Source: Chloroflexota bacterium (lineage in GTDB: Bacteria; Chloroflexota; Anaerolineae; Anaerolineales; Villigracilaceae). Taken from it: a DNA stretch of 64,000 nt. A program made the translations under genes and the position numbers. The notes below the pieces were generated by a model. It saw only the letters and a list, made by a program, of their open reading frames with translations. It searched no databases and was not told the DNA's origin. Each line of letters begins with the position of its first letter. The stretch's first letter is position 1. The DNA lies in contig JAKOVF010000005.1 of the NCBI GenBank assembly GCA_029782225.1, forward strand, positions 12,949-76,948. Direction: 5' to 3'. This document shows positions 9,186 to 18,411 of this stretch, one piece after another.

Positions 9186-11665
9186 TGAAAACAGGAAATC
9201 ATTTCTTACTTGGCCGTGGCATTTTGGTGCTTGCACTTCTCAGCACGCTGCTCATGACCAACACGCAAAATGTACGTGCAGCCGCGCCATCCAATGACCT
9301 TTTTGATGGGGCAACGAACATCATCATCACCGGAAACTCCTTCACGGATGCGATTCAGGATGTTACCGGTACAGCAACTCCCAAGCCTGGTGATCCCCCC
9401 AATGGCGAGCCAGCCATTAGTTGCAATACGAATTATCCCGGGTTGTCAAGCCTTTGGTATCGCTATGATCCCAGCCAAAATGGCATGCTTAATGTGAGCA
9501 CAGTGGGCAGCAACTACGATACGGTAGTAGCCATCTGGCAGGGCACCACACTGGCCAACCTTGTTGCTGTTTCCTGCAATAATGACTATTATTCCCCCAT
9601 CAAGCAGTCTTTTGCCAGTGCATATGTGGAAGTGGGAAGTGCCTACTACGTTGAGGTCACTGCAGCAGGTGGGATCGGAGGAGCAGCTGCGCTAAGCGCA
9701 AACAAAGCCCAGCCTTTTGCGGTCACTGACGACTTGAGTCTCACTGTCACTTTCGATCCCGGAACCGCCGTGGGAGTGGGGGTCTATGATGACAGCCATG
9801 CAAATTGGACTTGGGGGGACGACGGAGGAGGATCGGGGGCCTGGACGCACGGTACGGGTATAACAGGTCCCTTCGCCAATACCCATACATACAGCAGCAC
9901 GGCTGGCGATACAACCAAATTCAACTTCGTCGGCGATCAATTCACCTTGTATTATACAAAAGCCAGCAATGGCGGCCACATGGAGGTTTGGATTGATAAT
10001 ATCAAAATTCAATTTGGAAACCAATTCTATCTGGACGAGAATTCTCCCACGACTCAATACCAGCAAACGTGGGCTAGTCCCACCTTGGATCCAGGCGGTC
10101 ACCAGGTATTGCTAAAAAATCTGACCGGTACCATTTATGTAGATGCGATCAAAGTAGCCTATCGAATTGCCCCGCTGGGGGATATCAGCACGGACTATAA
10201 TCCGACCTATCAATGGAATGAAGTCGCTGGCGCGACTTGGTATTATCTATGGGTAAATGGACCATCCGGCCCTGTCATCCAGAAGTGGTATCAGGCCTCG
10301 GCCATTTGCGGAGGAGGCCTTTGTTCCGTTAAGCCCAGCACCATTTTAGGCGGCGGGAATCATACCTGGTGGGTTCAGACTTGGAATAACGTAGGAACCG
10401 GTCCATGGAGTTCTGCAAAGTATTTCACTACAGCGATTCCGACCATTCCGGATCAAGCCACCTTATACTCGCCCATCGGAGATATCGGCACGAACTTCAC
10501 CCCGACTTTTGAATGGGAACAAGTCCCAGGCGCCACATGGTTTTATCTATGGATAAATGGCCCCACCGGAGTCGTGCTGAAGCAATGGTATCCAGTGTAT
10601 TCGGCCTGCAATGGTGGTACCTGTTCTGTTACGCCCAGCACTCCTCTGGCGGGAGGGGATTACACGTGGTGGATTCAGCCCTGGAACGCCGCAGGTACCG
10701 GACGTTGGAGCGCACCTATGACCTTCCATGCTGCCAGCTCAGCAGCGCCCGGTCAGGCTACTCTAACTGCGCCGACCGGAGATATCGGGCCGAACTATAA
10801 TCCCACCTATCAGTGGAATGAAGTGCTTGGGGCAACTTGGTATCGCTTATGGATTAATGGAGCAAGCGGACTAGTGCTCAACAAATGGTACCAGGCCTAT
10901 TCCATCTGCAACGCTGGAGTCTGCTCTGTCACATCGGCCGCCACTCTGGGCGGTGGAAATTATTCATGGGCGGTTCAAACCTGGAATGACGCCGGTACAG
11001 GTCCCTGGAGCATTACCGTGAATTTCATCACAGCCCCGCCGCTTCCCCCTGATAAAGCCATCCTTTATACGCCAGAGGGCGACATTGGCACGGAATATAA
11101 CCCCACGTATCAGTGGCAGGATTTCCCGGGTGCTACCTGGTACTATCTGTGGGTGAACGGATCCTCTGGGGCTGAAATCAAGCAATGGTATCAGGCCTCT
11201 TCCATCTGCACTGCAGGCACATGTTCTGTCAGGCCCAGCACCAGTTTGAGTGGTGGAAACCACACATGGTGGGTTCAAACCTGGAACTCGACAGGCCAGG
11301 GCCCATGGAGTGATCCTAAGATGTTCACAACCCCAGCCCTCACGGTTCCCGGTCAGGCCACTCTAACTGCGCCCACCGGAGATATCGGGGCAGAATACAA
11401 TCCCACCTACCAATGGAATGAAGTTTCAGGCGCGACCTGGTATTATCTATGGGTGAAGGGTCCCAGTGGACCGGTGATCCAGAAATGGTATCAAGCCATT
11501 TCTGTTTGCAGTGCCGGTGTCTGCTCTGTCACGCCCAGCACTACATTGGCTGGAGGAAGCTATCGCTGGTGGATCCAGGCATGGAACAGCGCAGGAAAAG
11601 GACTCTGGAGCGATCCTATGGATTTCACCGCCACCACGGCAACACCACCTCCTGGTGTTCCATAG
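9186..11665 (+). CDS. Secreted multi-domain protein: signal peptide, PPC (pre-peptidase C-terminal)-like domain, CBM6/35-like beta-sandwich, then 5x ~100-aa Cys-containing tandem repeats
   Basis: MKTGNHFLLGRGILVLALLSTLLMT signal peptide with GGAGGA RBS. LWYRYD...YYVEV matches the PPC pattern. The repeats share the consensus PTYQWNEVxGATWYYLWVNGxSGxVIxKWYQAxxICxxGxCSVxPSTxLxGGxHTWWVQTWNxxGTGPWS. Confidence 0.7.
10154..11653 (+). repeat. Five in-frame tandem repeats of exactly 300 bp. Unit starts are near 10171, 10471, 10771, 11071 and 11371, with about 70-85% nucleotide identity.
   Basis: Direct inspection shows ...GGAGATATCGG...AATCCCACCTATCA(A/G)TGGAATGAAGT...TGGTATTATCTATGGGT recurring with a 300-bp period and no indels. 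Confidence 0.85.
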
Positions 11666-11804
11666 TCTGTAGTGCGCATTTACATCGTAGTTCGGGATGA
11701 GATTTGCGTAAGAGTGCGGACGAGATGGGCAATTCTCTCGATATGCGGCAATGAAAATACTTTGTTAGCCGTCGAGCGGATGGTAGAATCCAAAGTACTA
11801 GCAT

Positions 11805-11843
11805 AACTGCCAGAGTTTCTATCGCTCTGGCAGTTATATTTGG
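11805..11843 (+). terminator. Rho-independent terminator-like hairpin (AACTGCCAGAG / CTCTGGCAGTT stem followed by ATATTT)
   Basis: Perfect 11-bp stem with a 9-nt loop and a T-rich tail downstream of the repeat-protein stop. Confidence 0.5.
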
Positions 11844-11863
11844 AGTGCAATCGGCTAAAACCT

Positions 11864-12835
11864 ATGAAACTGGACAAAATCAAATCAAACCCAACACAAT
11901 TCCTGATGTACGGTGTACTTGCACTGTTCGTGATCGTGATTGTGATCTGGATGCTGATCCAATCATTTTCAGGATCAAAACCCAATGCGGGGCTACCAAC
12001 TGAGACACAGGCCATAGCATCCACCTTTCAGGCTGGTACTGAGGTGCCTGGAGTCATTAACCAGAGAGGCACAGCGACATCTACCCCCGCTGGATCTTCT
12101 GGCAGCACCACCTCAGCAGCACAAACCTCCACGGCAGTTCCTGGTACTTTGTCAGCTAACCCAACCTCGAAGTCACCTGCCGTCGGGAGTCCCCCGCCTG
12201 GCGTGACTCCTGCTGCATCGGGTCAGGGAACGCCAACAGTCTCGGGTCCACAATCAAACAGCACCCCGCCCTCGGGCTCGGGCGGACAGACTGGGCCAAC
12301 ACAAAGTGGCGGGCCGCCGGCCAATGGAACTCCACCCCCGAATTCGCAAACCACCGCAACGCAAAGCGGGCCGCCTTCCAACGGAAACCCGCCTCCAACC
12401 TTGCAGGCCACTCCCACAGAAAAGGGACCTCCATCCGATGTTAATCCCCCCCCCACGGCAACACCAGTCAGCGGCGGCACCTATGATGATACGAACGCTG
12501 CCTGGCAGTACAGCGGCGGCTGGGCATATATAACCAAAGACAGTGGCCCATACAATAAGACGATTCACTCAACCGGCACAACCGGGAGCTATGCTGAGGT
12601 TAGCTTCAGGGGCACTGGCTTCACTTTCATCTATACCATAGGCCCCAATCAGGGACAGATCGATGTTTTTGTGGATGGAGCTAAGGTGGATACAATCGAT
12701 GCCCAGGGCAGTACAGTGGAGTGGCAATCTACATGGTCCAGCGGTTCACTGACCAATGCTGCACATACTGTTCGCTTCGCTTATGCCGAGGGCGGAACCA
12801 ATATTGACGTTGATGCGATAACCATCCTGCCATAA
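11864..12835 (+). CDS. Membrane-anchored surface protein: N-terminal TM helix, ~170-aa Pro/Thr/Ser/Gly-rich linker, C-terminal CBM6/35-like domain paralogous to the one in 9186..11665
   Basis: Hydrophobic VLALFVIVIVIWMLI segment followed by a low-complexity PT/SG tract. The C-terminal YDDTNAAWQYSGGW...TFIYT...VDAITIL aligns with aa ~215-340 of the upstream protein. The start at 11864 was chosen after the terminator hairpin; the ORF track gives 11840. Confidence 0.6.
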   Translation: MKLDKIKSNPTQFLMYGVLALFVIVIVIWMLIQSFSGSKPNAGLPTETQAIASTFQAGTEVPGVINQRGTATSTPAGSSGSTTSAAQTSTAVPGTLSANPTSKSPAVGSPPPGVTPAASGQGTPTVSGPQSNSTPPSGSGGQTGPTQSGGPPANGTPPPNSQTTATQSGPPSNGNPPPTLQATPTEKGPPSDVNPPPTATPVSGGTYDDTNAAWQYSGGWAYITKDSGPYNKTIHSTGTTGSYAEVSFRGTGFTFIYTIGPNQGQIDVFVDGAKVDTIDAQGSTVEWQSTWSSGSLTNAAHTVRFAYAEGGTNIDVDAITILP

Positions 12836-12849
12836 CGAATCACTTGGAG

Positions 12850-12884
12850 AAAAACAGCGCGGAGAACATCCGCGCTGTTTTTCT
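12850..12884. terminator. Bidirectional rho-independent terminator (AAAAACAGCGCGGA-gaacat-TCCGCGCTGTTTTTC)
   Basis: GC-rich 9-bp stem flanked by an A-run and a T-run, between convergent genes. Confidence 0.65.
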
Positions 12885-12905
12885 TTCCAGGCCAATGTAT
12901 TTCGT

Positions 12906-14003
12906 TCAGGACAGGAAGTCGCGTATAGCATTCACAACTTCATCCTGCTGGGTGCCGCTCAGCTCCGGGTAAAGCGGTAACGCAAGAGTTTCGCGGCTGG
13001 CCTGCTCCGCAAAGGGGAATTGGCCTTCTTTGTACCCGAATTTCCTGCAGGGCACAGATAAATGCGGCGGCAGTGGATAATATACTTCCGAGGCAATGCC
13101 TTTTTGTTTCAGGAAGGCCTGCAGCTCATCCCGCCGGTCGGATCGAATTACGTACAGATGATAAACGTGACGGCCCCACTCACATTCCATTGGCACAGTG
13201 ACGCGCAAACTGGCAAGTTGTTCGCTGTAACGCTCAGCAATCTCGCGCCGCTTTTCATTCCAGGCATCCACGTGAGGAAATTTCGCCTGCAGGATCGCAG
13301 CCTGCAGCGCGTCGAGGCGGCTGTTATATCCCACTTCCTCTGAATAGTATTTCTTCTTCCAGCCATGGGTTCTCAGCATTCGCATCCGCTCAGCCAGCGC
13401 GGAATCGTTCGTCACGACCATGCCGCCATCACCAAACGCGCCCAGGTTCTTGGTAGGGAAAAAGCTCAGGCACCCAATATCGCCTATCGAACCTGTTTTC
13501 CTGCCTTTATACTCGGCGCCAAAACCCTGGGCATTATCTTCGATCACTTTCAATCCGTGTGCCCGTGCCAGTTCCATCACAGGATCCATATCTGCTGGAT
13601 GCCCGTAAAGGTGGACGGGAATGATCGCTTTCGTCCCTGGCGTAATGCGAGTCTCGATTTCTGCCACATCAATTTCATAAGTTGATGGGTCAACATCCAC
13701 GAACACCGGTGTTGCGCCCACAGACATGACGGTTCCTGCCGTGGCAAAAAATGTATAAGCCGGGATAATGACTTCATCCCCTGCACCGATATTCAAGGCG
13801 CGCAATGCCAGAACCAGAGCATCTGTTCCGGAGGCGAGACCAATCGCGTGGTCCACGCCGAGATACGACGCGATACTTTCCTCAAACCGGGTCACTGCTG
13901 GCCCAAGGATGAAGTGACCCGATTCCAACGTCGCGTTGACCGCGGCGTCAATTTCGTTCTTGATGGAATGATACTGCGCAACCAGATCAACCAATGGGAT
14001 CAT
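12906..14003 (-). CDS. wbpE: DegT/DnrJ/EryC1 family PLP-dependent sugar aminotransferase, WbpE-like (UDP-2-acetamido-2-deoxy-3-oxo-glucuronate aminotransferase)
   Basis: Sequence pattern throughout ([28 protein letters not shown]) matches DegT-family enzymes and closely resembles WbpE. The start was chosen at MIPLVDL, giving a 4-bp overlap with the upstream gene. Confidence 0.85.
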   Translation of the reverse strand: MIPLVDLVAQYHSIKNEIDAAVNATLESGHFILGPAVTRFEESIASYLGVDHAIGLASGTDALVLALRALNIGAGDEVIIPAYTFFATAGTVMSVGATPVFVDVDPSTYEIDVAEIETRITPGTKAIIPVHLYGHPADMDPVMELARAHGLKVIEDNAQGFGAEYKGRKTGSIGDIGCLSFFPTKNLGAFGDGGMVVTNDSALAERMRMLRTHGWKKKYYSEEVGYNSRLDALQAAILQAKFPHVDAWNEKRREIAERYSEQLASLRVTVPMECEWGRHVYHLYVIRSDRRDELQAFLKQKGIASEVYYPLPPHLSVPCRKFGYKEGQFPFAEQASRETLALPLYPELSGTQQDEVVNAIRDFLS

Positions 14004-14593
14004 TCTCCGCTTCTTTCCGGACCGACCAGCTGGTCTCGTTTCCAATAAGAATCACCACAACTGTTGCAGACAGCCCGCTCGTGCCCATCGTGAGCTGTGA
14101 ATTCAAGCTGTTCACCGCACTGACATATCCACCCGCGTAATCGAGCAGGTGAACCGTAGACCAGAGCATAGTCCGGCACATCGCGCGTGACGACAGAGCC
14201 CGCGCCCACAAAACTGTAACATCCCAGGGTCACACCACACACAATCGTCGCATTCGCTCCTATGGATGCACCTCTGCGTACCAACGTGGTTTTATATTCA
14301 TCCTTGCGGCTGACATGGCTGCGCGGGTTGATCACATTGGTAAAAACCATGGACGGACCGAGGAACACATCATCCTCCACGATCACGCCGGTATAAAGCG
14401 AAACATTGTTCTGGATCTTTACATTGTTGCCAATCGTCACATCCGGGGAAACAAGCACATTCTGACCGATGTTGCATCGCTCGCCAATACGAGCCTTTGG
14501 CATCACATGGCAAAAATGCCAGATCTTTGTGCCTGCGCCTATTTCTGCGCCTTCATCTACATAGCTGGATTCGTGAACAAAATAGTCTGACAT
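14000..14593 (-). CDS. wbpD: Left-handed beta-helix (hexapeptide) sugar N-acetyltransferase, WbpD-like, with an extra C-terminal Cys4 zinc-ribbon-like tail
   Basis: Hexapeptide repeats and long stretches ([41 protein letters not shown]) resemble WbpD-type UDP-2-acetamido-3-amino-2,3-dideoxy-glucuronate N-acetyltransferases. The C-terminus reads CQCGEQ...CNSCGD. Confidence 0.85.
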   Translation of the reverse strand: MSDYFVHESSYVDEGAEIGAGTKIWHFCHVMPKARIGERCNIGQNVLVSPDVTIGNNVKIQNNVSLYTGVIVEDDVFLGPSMVFTNVINPRSHVSRKDEYKTTLVRRGASIGANATIVCGVTLGCYSFVGAGSVVTRDVPDYALVYGSPARLRGWICQCGEQLEFTAHDGHERAVCNSCGDSYWKRDQLVGPERSGE

Positions 14594-14603
14594 AAACGCA
14601 TAC

Positions 14604-15545
14604 CTACTTGTTCAACAGGGGATGGGCGCACTCATCTTTTGGCGAGATGGGGGTCGTACGAATCGCATGTGTCAACGTAATGGAAGGGCGGGCCTCGGCG
14701 ATCCCAAAGCCGCGTCCTGCTAGTGTTTCTTCATAGACGCGGGTATGGAGATCCGTAAAACCCTCGGAAAACTCAATTTCCTTGCCATCCACTGTGATAG
14801 AACGATAAGTTGTTTTGCCGCCTGCTTTCGCCGGAAACGGCAGGTCCCGGGAATCGACAGAGAGGAACCAACGCACGCGCGCGTGTTCCAGCTCGATAAA
14901 ACCTGACATGCAATTGTTATCAGAGTAGTACACCCGAATATCTCCAGAAGGGCCAAAGAGCCATAACAGGAGGTCAAAGAAATGCACTCCTATATTTGTG
15001 GCAACGCCACCTGATTTATCCGGCTGGCCCTTCCACGAGACGTGGTACCAGGGGCCGCGGCTTGTGATGTACGTCAGTTGCACATCGTGCTGGCCGCCTT
15101 CCTGCTCAAGAGACTGTTTCAGCTTGAGCAGCTCCGGGTGCACGCGCAGCTGTAAGACCGTATGGATGCGGTGCTGCGTCTCTGTCTCCAGCTCCTCCAG
15201 GGCGTCGAAGTTCCAGGGGTTGATCACCAGCGGTTTTTCGCAGATCGCATTCGCCCCAACCCGCAGGGCCAGACGGCAATGTGCATCGTGCAAATAATTG
15301 GGCGAACAAACGGAAACATAATGGACTCGGTTTTCGTCCGGACCCCGGCGCAATTTCTCCAGATGGCGATCAAAACGCTCGATCTCGGTGAAGAACTTTA
15401 CATCGAAGGAGTATTGATCCAACAGTCCTACAGAGTCCTTGGGGTCAACAGCCGCCACCAGGCGATTTCCCGTATCCCGAATGGCACGCAAATGACGGGG
15501 CGCAATGTAACCGCCCACGCCAATCACCGCAAAGTTTTTTGACAT
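14604..15545 (-). CDS. wbpB: Gfo/Idh/MocA family oxidoreductase, WbpB-like (UDP-N-acetyl-2-amino-2-deoxyglucuronate 3-dehydrogenase)
   Basis: N-terminus [37 protein letters not shown] is closely similar to WbpB-type enzymes. Tightly linked to the wbpD/wbpE homologs. Confidence 0.85.
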   Translation of the reverse strand: MSKNFAVIGVGGYIAPRHLRAIRDTGNRLVAAVDPKDSVGLLDQYSFDVKFFTEIERFDRHLEKLRRGPDENRVHYVSVCSPNYLHDAHCRLALRVGANAICEKPLVINPWNFDALEELETETQHRIHTVLQLRVHPELLKLKQSLEQEGGQHDVQLTYITSRGPWYHVSWKGQPDKSGGVATNIGVHFFDLLLWLFGPSGDIRVYYSDNNCMSGFIELEHARVRWFLSVDSRDLPFPAKAGGKTTYRSITVDGKEIEFSEGFTDLHTRVYEETLAGRGFGIAEARPSITLTHAIRTTPISPKDECAHPLLNK

Positions 15546-15566
15546 TTGATTACGGCCTTTCAGTGA

Positions 15567-16031
15567 TTAGTCTTTGGTGTTTACTTGATAATCCTGCCCA
15601 ACGACCTTCATCGTTACACCGTTTGGTGCATCGCTTAAATCAATCCCCGCCTCAATGCAAGTCAAACGCAGAATATCCGTTGCTTCATCATCGCCTTCGA
15701 GATAGACCTGCTTGACACCCTTTTGCTGCAATTCAGTAATCAGCAATTTCGCTCTCTTACGGAAGCGACTATAGACTTTCAGGGAATCGCGCGCATAGAG
15801 CAAGGCGCGCTGGGTAAAGACAGACATCCCTTCCGGGGTGAGATCGTACTTCAAACGGGTTCGGTCCAAATGCGAGACCTTTACCCAGCCTCGATGGATC
15901 AGCCGTTTGATATACCAATTCACACTGCCGACGGCGATGCCGAGCCGATCAGACAGACTGGCCTGCGTCACCATGGAGTCTTGCGCAATCTCGTTGAGGA
16001 GTTCGTATTCGTGTGGTTTTATTTCTGTCAT
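15567..16031 (-). CDS. Winged-helix DNA-binding regulator with a C-terminal domain of unknown function
   Basis: The N-terminal ~70 aa (ELLNEIAQDSMVTQASLSDRLGIAVGSVNWYIKRLIHRGWVKV) look like a MarR/IclR-type wHTH. It is the first gene of the wbpB/D/E operon and is preceded by the conserved promoter element. Confidence 0.5.
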   Translation of the reverse strand: MTEIKPHEYELLNEIAQDSMVTQASLSDRLGIAVGSVNWYIKRLIHRGWVKVSHLDRTRLKYDLTPEGMSVFTQRALLYARDSLKVYSRFRKRAKLLITELQQKGVKQVYLEGDDEATDILRLTCIEAGIDLSDAPNGVTMKVVGQDYQVNTKD

Positions 16032-16046
16032 AGGTTTGAGAATTCA

Positions 16047-16088
16047 ATTTTTGAATTCTGACATGGAAATTAAGCCCTGTCAAGGGAT
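16047..16088 (-). promoter_or_regulatory. Conserved promoter/operator element, copy 2 (minus strand: ATCCCTTGACAGGGCTTAATTTCCATGTCAGAATTCAAAAATTGAATTC). It contains the perfect palindrome GAATTCAA-TTT-TTGAATTC.
   Basis: Same layout as copy 1: TTGACA, a 17-bp spacer, TGTCAGAAT, then TTCAAAAANTGAAT. It lies 16 bp upstream of the regulator start codon. Confidence 0.55.
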
Positions 16089-16203
16089 ACCTTTCAGCGC
16101 TTGGATAATTCCACTGCCGCAACCGGGTTAAGGTGCAGGGTTGAAATTGATGGTGCACCTTGAAGTTCAACTAGATCCCCTACAGTTCAAGGAAGTTGCG
16201 GCA

Positions 16204-17280
16204 CTAGCGAAGTTGCCGGGCTAAAATTTCGCAAATCTCCCCCGCTGCCTGCCCATCTCCATATAAAGCCGGACGTTCCCCTGACGGATGCCAGTTCTCA
16301 AATGCGGCGCGAATGGCATTCTTGTCCACTCCGGCAAGCCTGTTCCAGCCGGCTTCGACAGTCTCCACCCACTCAGTCTCTTCTCGCAGGGTAATACACC
16401 GCACGCCGAGCAGGTAGGCCTCCTTTTGCATGCCGCCCGAATCGGTCAGGATGCAATCGGCATTCTCCTGTAAAACCAGCACATCGAACGCACCGAGAGG
16501 CTCGATCAATTTAACGTTTTGTGAAACGGCCAGGCCCATTTCCCCGATGATCTTGCGCGTGCGCGGGTGGACCGGGAATATGACCGGCTTCGACAGTGAA
16601 CCCAGCGCTTCCAGAATGGAAGTCAGGCGCGCGTGATCATCCGTATTCGCCGCACGATGGACGGTTGCCAGTGCATATTCGCCTTTTTTCACTCCAAGCG
16701 AACGCAGAATATGGGAATGCTTGCGCGCCAGAGCAAGATTATGCAGGAGCGCGTCGTACATCACATCGCCTACGCGGTGGACACCGTTCGTGATCCCCTC
16801 TTTGAGCAGGTTTTGAACGGCTCTATCGGTTGGACAAAATAAAAGTGTGGACACATGGTCGGTCAGCACGCGGTTGATCTCTTCCGGCATCGTTCGGTTA
16901 TAGGACCTCAGGCCGGCTTCCACGTGAGCGAGAGGGATCTGCGCCTTGGCCGCCGCGAGCGCGCCTGCCAGAGTTGAGTTGGTATCGCCATAGACAAGGA
17001 CGTAATCTGGTTTTAGCGAATCCAGAACCTCTTCAATTTCAATTAGCATTTTTCCGGTTTGCTCGGCATGGCTTCCGCCGCCGATTCCGAGATTGAAATC
17101 GGGCGGACGCATTTCCATCTCTTCAAAGAACACCTCCGACATGCCATAATCATAATGCTGACCGGTATGGATCATCACCTCATGGAACGTCCCGGCCAGT
17201 GCACGTGAAACCGGCGCCGCTTTGATGAACTGCGGCCTGGCCCCCACAATCGTTGCGATGGTTCTAGTCTTCTCGCCCAT
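16204..17280 (-). CDS. UDP-N-acetylglucosamine 2-epimerase (non-hydrolysing) family, WecB/WbpI-like
   Basis: N-terminal IATIVGARPQFIKAAPV and HTGQHYDYGMS motifs are typical of the WecB family. It is the last gene of the long minus-strand glycan operon. Confidence 0.85.
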   Translation of the reverse strand: MGEKTRTIATIVGARPQFIKAAPVSRALAGTFHEVMIHTGQHYDYGMSEVFFEEMEMRPPDFNLGIGGGSHAEQTGKMLIEIEEVLDSLKPDYVLVYGDTNSTLAGALAAAKAQIPLAHVEAGLRSYNRTMPEEINRVLTDHVSTLLFCPTDRAVQNLLKEGITNGVHRVGDVMYDALLHNLALARKHSHILRSLGVKKGEYALATVHRAANTDDHARLTSILEALGSLSKPVIFPVHPRTRKIIGEMGLAVSQNVKLIEPLGAFDVLVLQENADCILTDSGGMQKEAYLLGVRCITLREETEWVETVEAGWNRLAGVDKNAIRAAFENWHPSGERPALYGDGQAAGEICEILARQLR

Positions 17281-18403
17281 ATACTACACTCTGAAAAACA
17301 CTTTCGTACTGCTCTGTAACCCGCTCGATATTGAAATGAGCTGACTTAACGAGACTAGCCTTGCGGTAGTGCAGCAGGAGGCTCTGGTCTAATATCAATT
17401 CGCGCAACGTGCGCTCGAACTTAACAAGGTCATCAATTTCAACCAGGCAGCCGTTGTGACCATCATCCACGAGGTCGAGAAATCCGCCGATGTTACTGGA
17501 AACGATGGCAAGCCCTCTCGCAAGCGCCTGCACGCCAACCACCGGTAATCCCTCGGAAAGGGACGGCATGAACAAAATGTCACTTCGCGAGAACCAATCC
17601 AGCACATCTTCAGGCGTAACCCAGCCCGGCAAATCGAAGCGGTCCTGTAAACCACTCTTTTCAATTTCGGCTTTTACCTGCCCCATTAAAAAGCCGTCGC
17701 CGAGCATGGCACAGCGCCAGTCCAGGTCTTTGACCCTGGCGAGGACGCGCACGATCTCCAGCGGATTCTTTTGCGGAACGAACCGACCGGCAAACACCAG
17801 CTGAGGCGACCGATTGAGCCTGATCTCAGCAGGCGCGAGATGTTTCAGGTCCGCGCCATTTGGAATCACCTGAATATCAACGGGATAATGTCGCAGCGCA
17901 AGCTGACGCGTGTATTCACTGACTGCCACCGCGCGGCGAGCATGGTCCCAGATCGGATGAGTAAAGGGCAACACCCAGCGAAACCACGGATCGGTTTTTT
18001 CGGGGACGCCGCCGGGTACATCGCCAAGGTGGGCCGTCAAAACGTAGGGGACTCTGGTCAGCACAGATAATGCAAATGCAAGCGCGCCCGCGGGGACAGC
18101 AAAGTGCGCGTGGATCACATCGGGGCGAAAACTGAACATTAAACGGAGGCCAGCCCAAAGTCCCGCGAGAACGTAGGCAGACATCGTCCAAAAGCTCGCG
18201 CCGAAAAACTCCGTCCGAAACGAACGGATGCGATAAATGCTGAGTCCGTCCTTCTCCTCATAAAAAGGCAGGCCGCGCATGTGTGCGGTCAGGACGACCA
18301 CCTTGTGCCCGCGCTCGGCCAGCTTTCTGCAAATATCCTGCGCCGCGCGTCCGCCTCCACCTCCGATCGGTGGAAATTCATGGATGAGTGTAAGGATACG
18401 CAT
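17264..18403 (-). CDS. Glycosyltransferase family 4 (GT-B). Start at MRILTL.
   Basis: MRILTLIHEFPPIGGGGGRAAQ N-terminus and a C-terminal EGLPVVGVQALARGLAIVSS region are characteristic of GT4. Confidence 0.75.
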   Translation of the reverse strand: MRILTLIHEFPPIGGGGGRAAQDICRKLAERGHKVVVLTAHMRGLPFYEEKDGLSIYRIRSFRTEFFGASFWTMSAYVLAGLWAGLRLMFSFRPDVIHAHFAVPAGALAFALSVLTRVPYVLTAHLGDVPGGVPEKTDPWFRWVLPFTHPIWDHARRAVAVSEYTRQLALRHYPVDIQVIPNGADLKHLAPAEIRLNRSPQLVFAGRFVPQKNPLEIVRVLARVKDLDWRCAMLGDGFLMGQVKAEIEKSGLQDRFDLPGWVTPEDVLDWFSRSDILFMPSLSEGLPVVGVQALARGLAIVSSNIGGFLDLVDDGHNGCLVEIDDLVKFERTLRELILDQSLLLHYRKASLVKSAHFNIERVTEQYESVFQSVVYGRED

Positions 18404-18411
18404 GCAGGGAT

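Noticed and set aside
10154-11653. Five regularly spaced repeats could superficially suggest a CRISPR-like array
   Set aside because: The units are 300 bp, in-frame, coding and contiguous with no spacers. They are protein domain repeats.
16105-16140. Hairpin AAGGTGCA...TGCACCTT downstream of the wecB-like gene as a terminator
   Set aside because: There is no U-tract on the minus strand after the stem, and the loop is 16 nt. It is not convincing as an intrinsic terminator.
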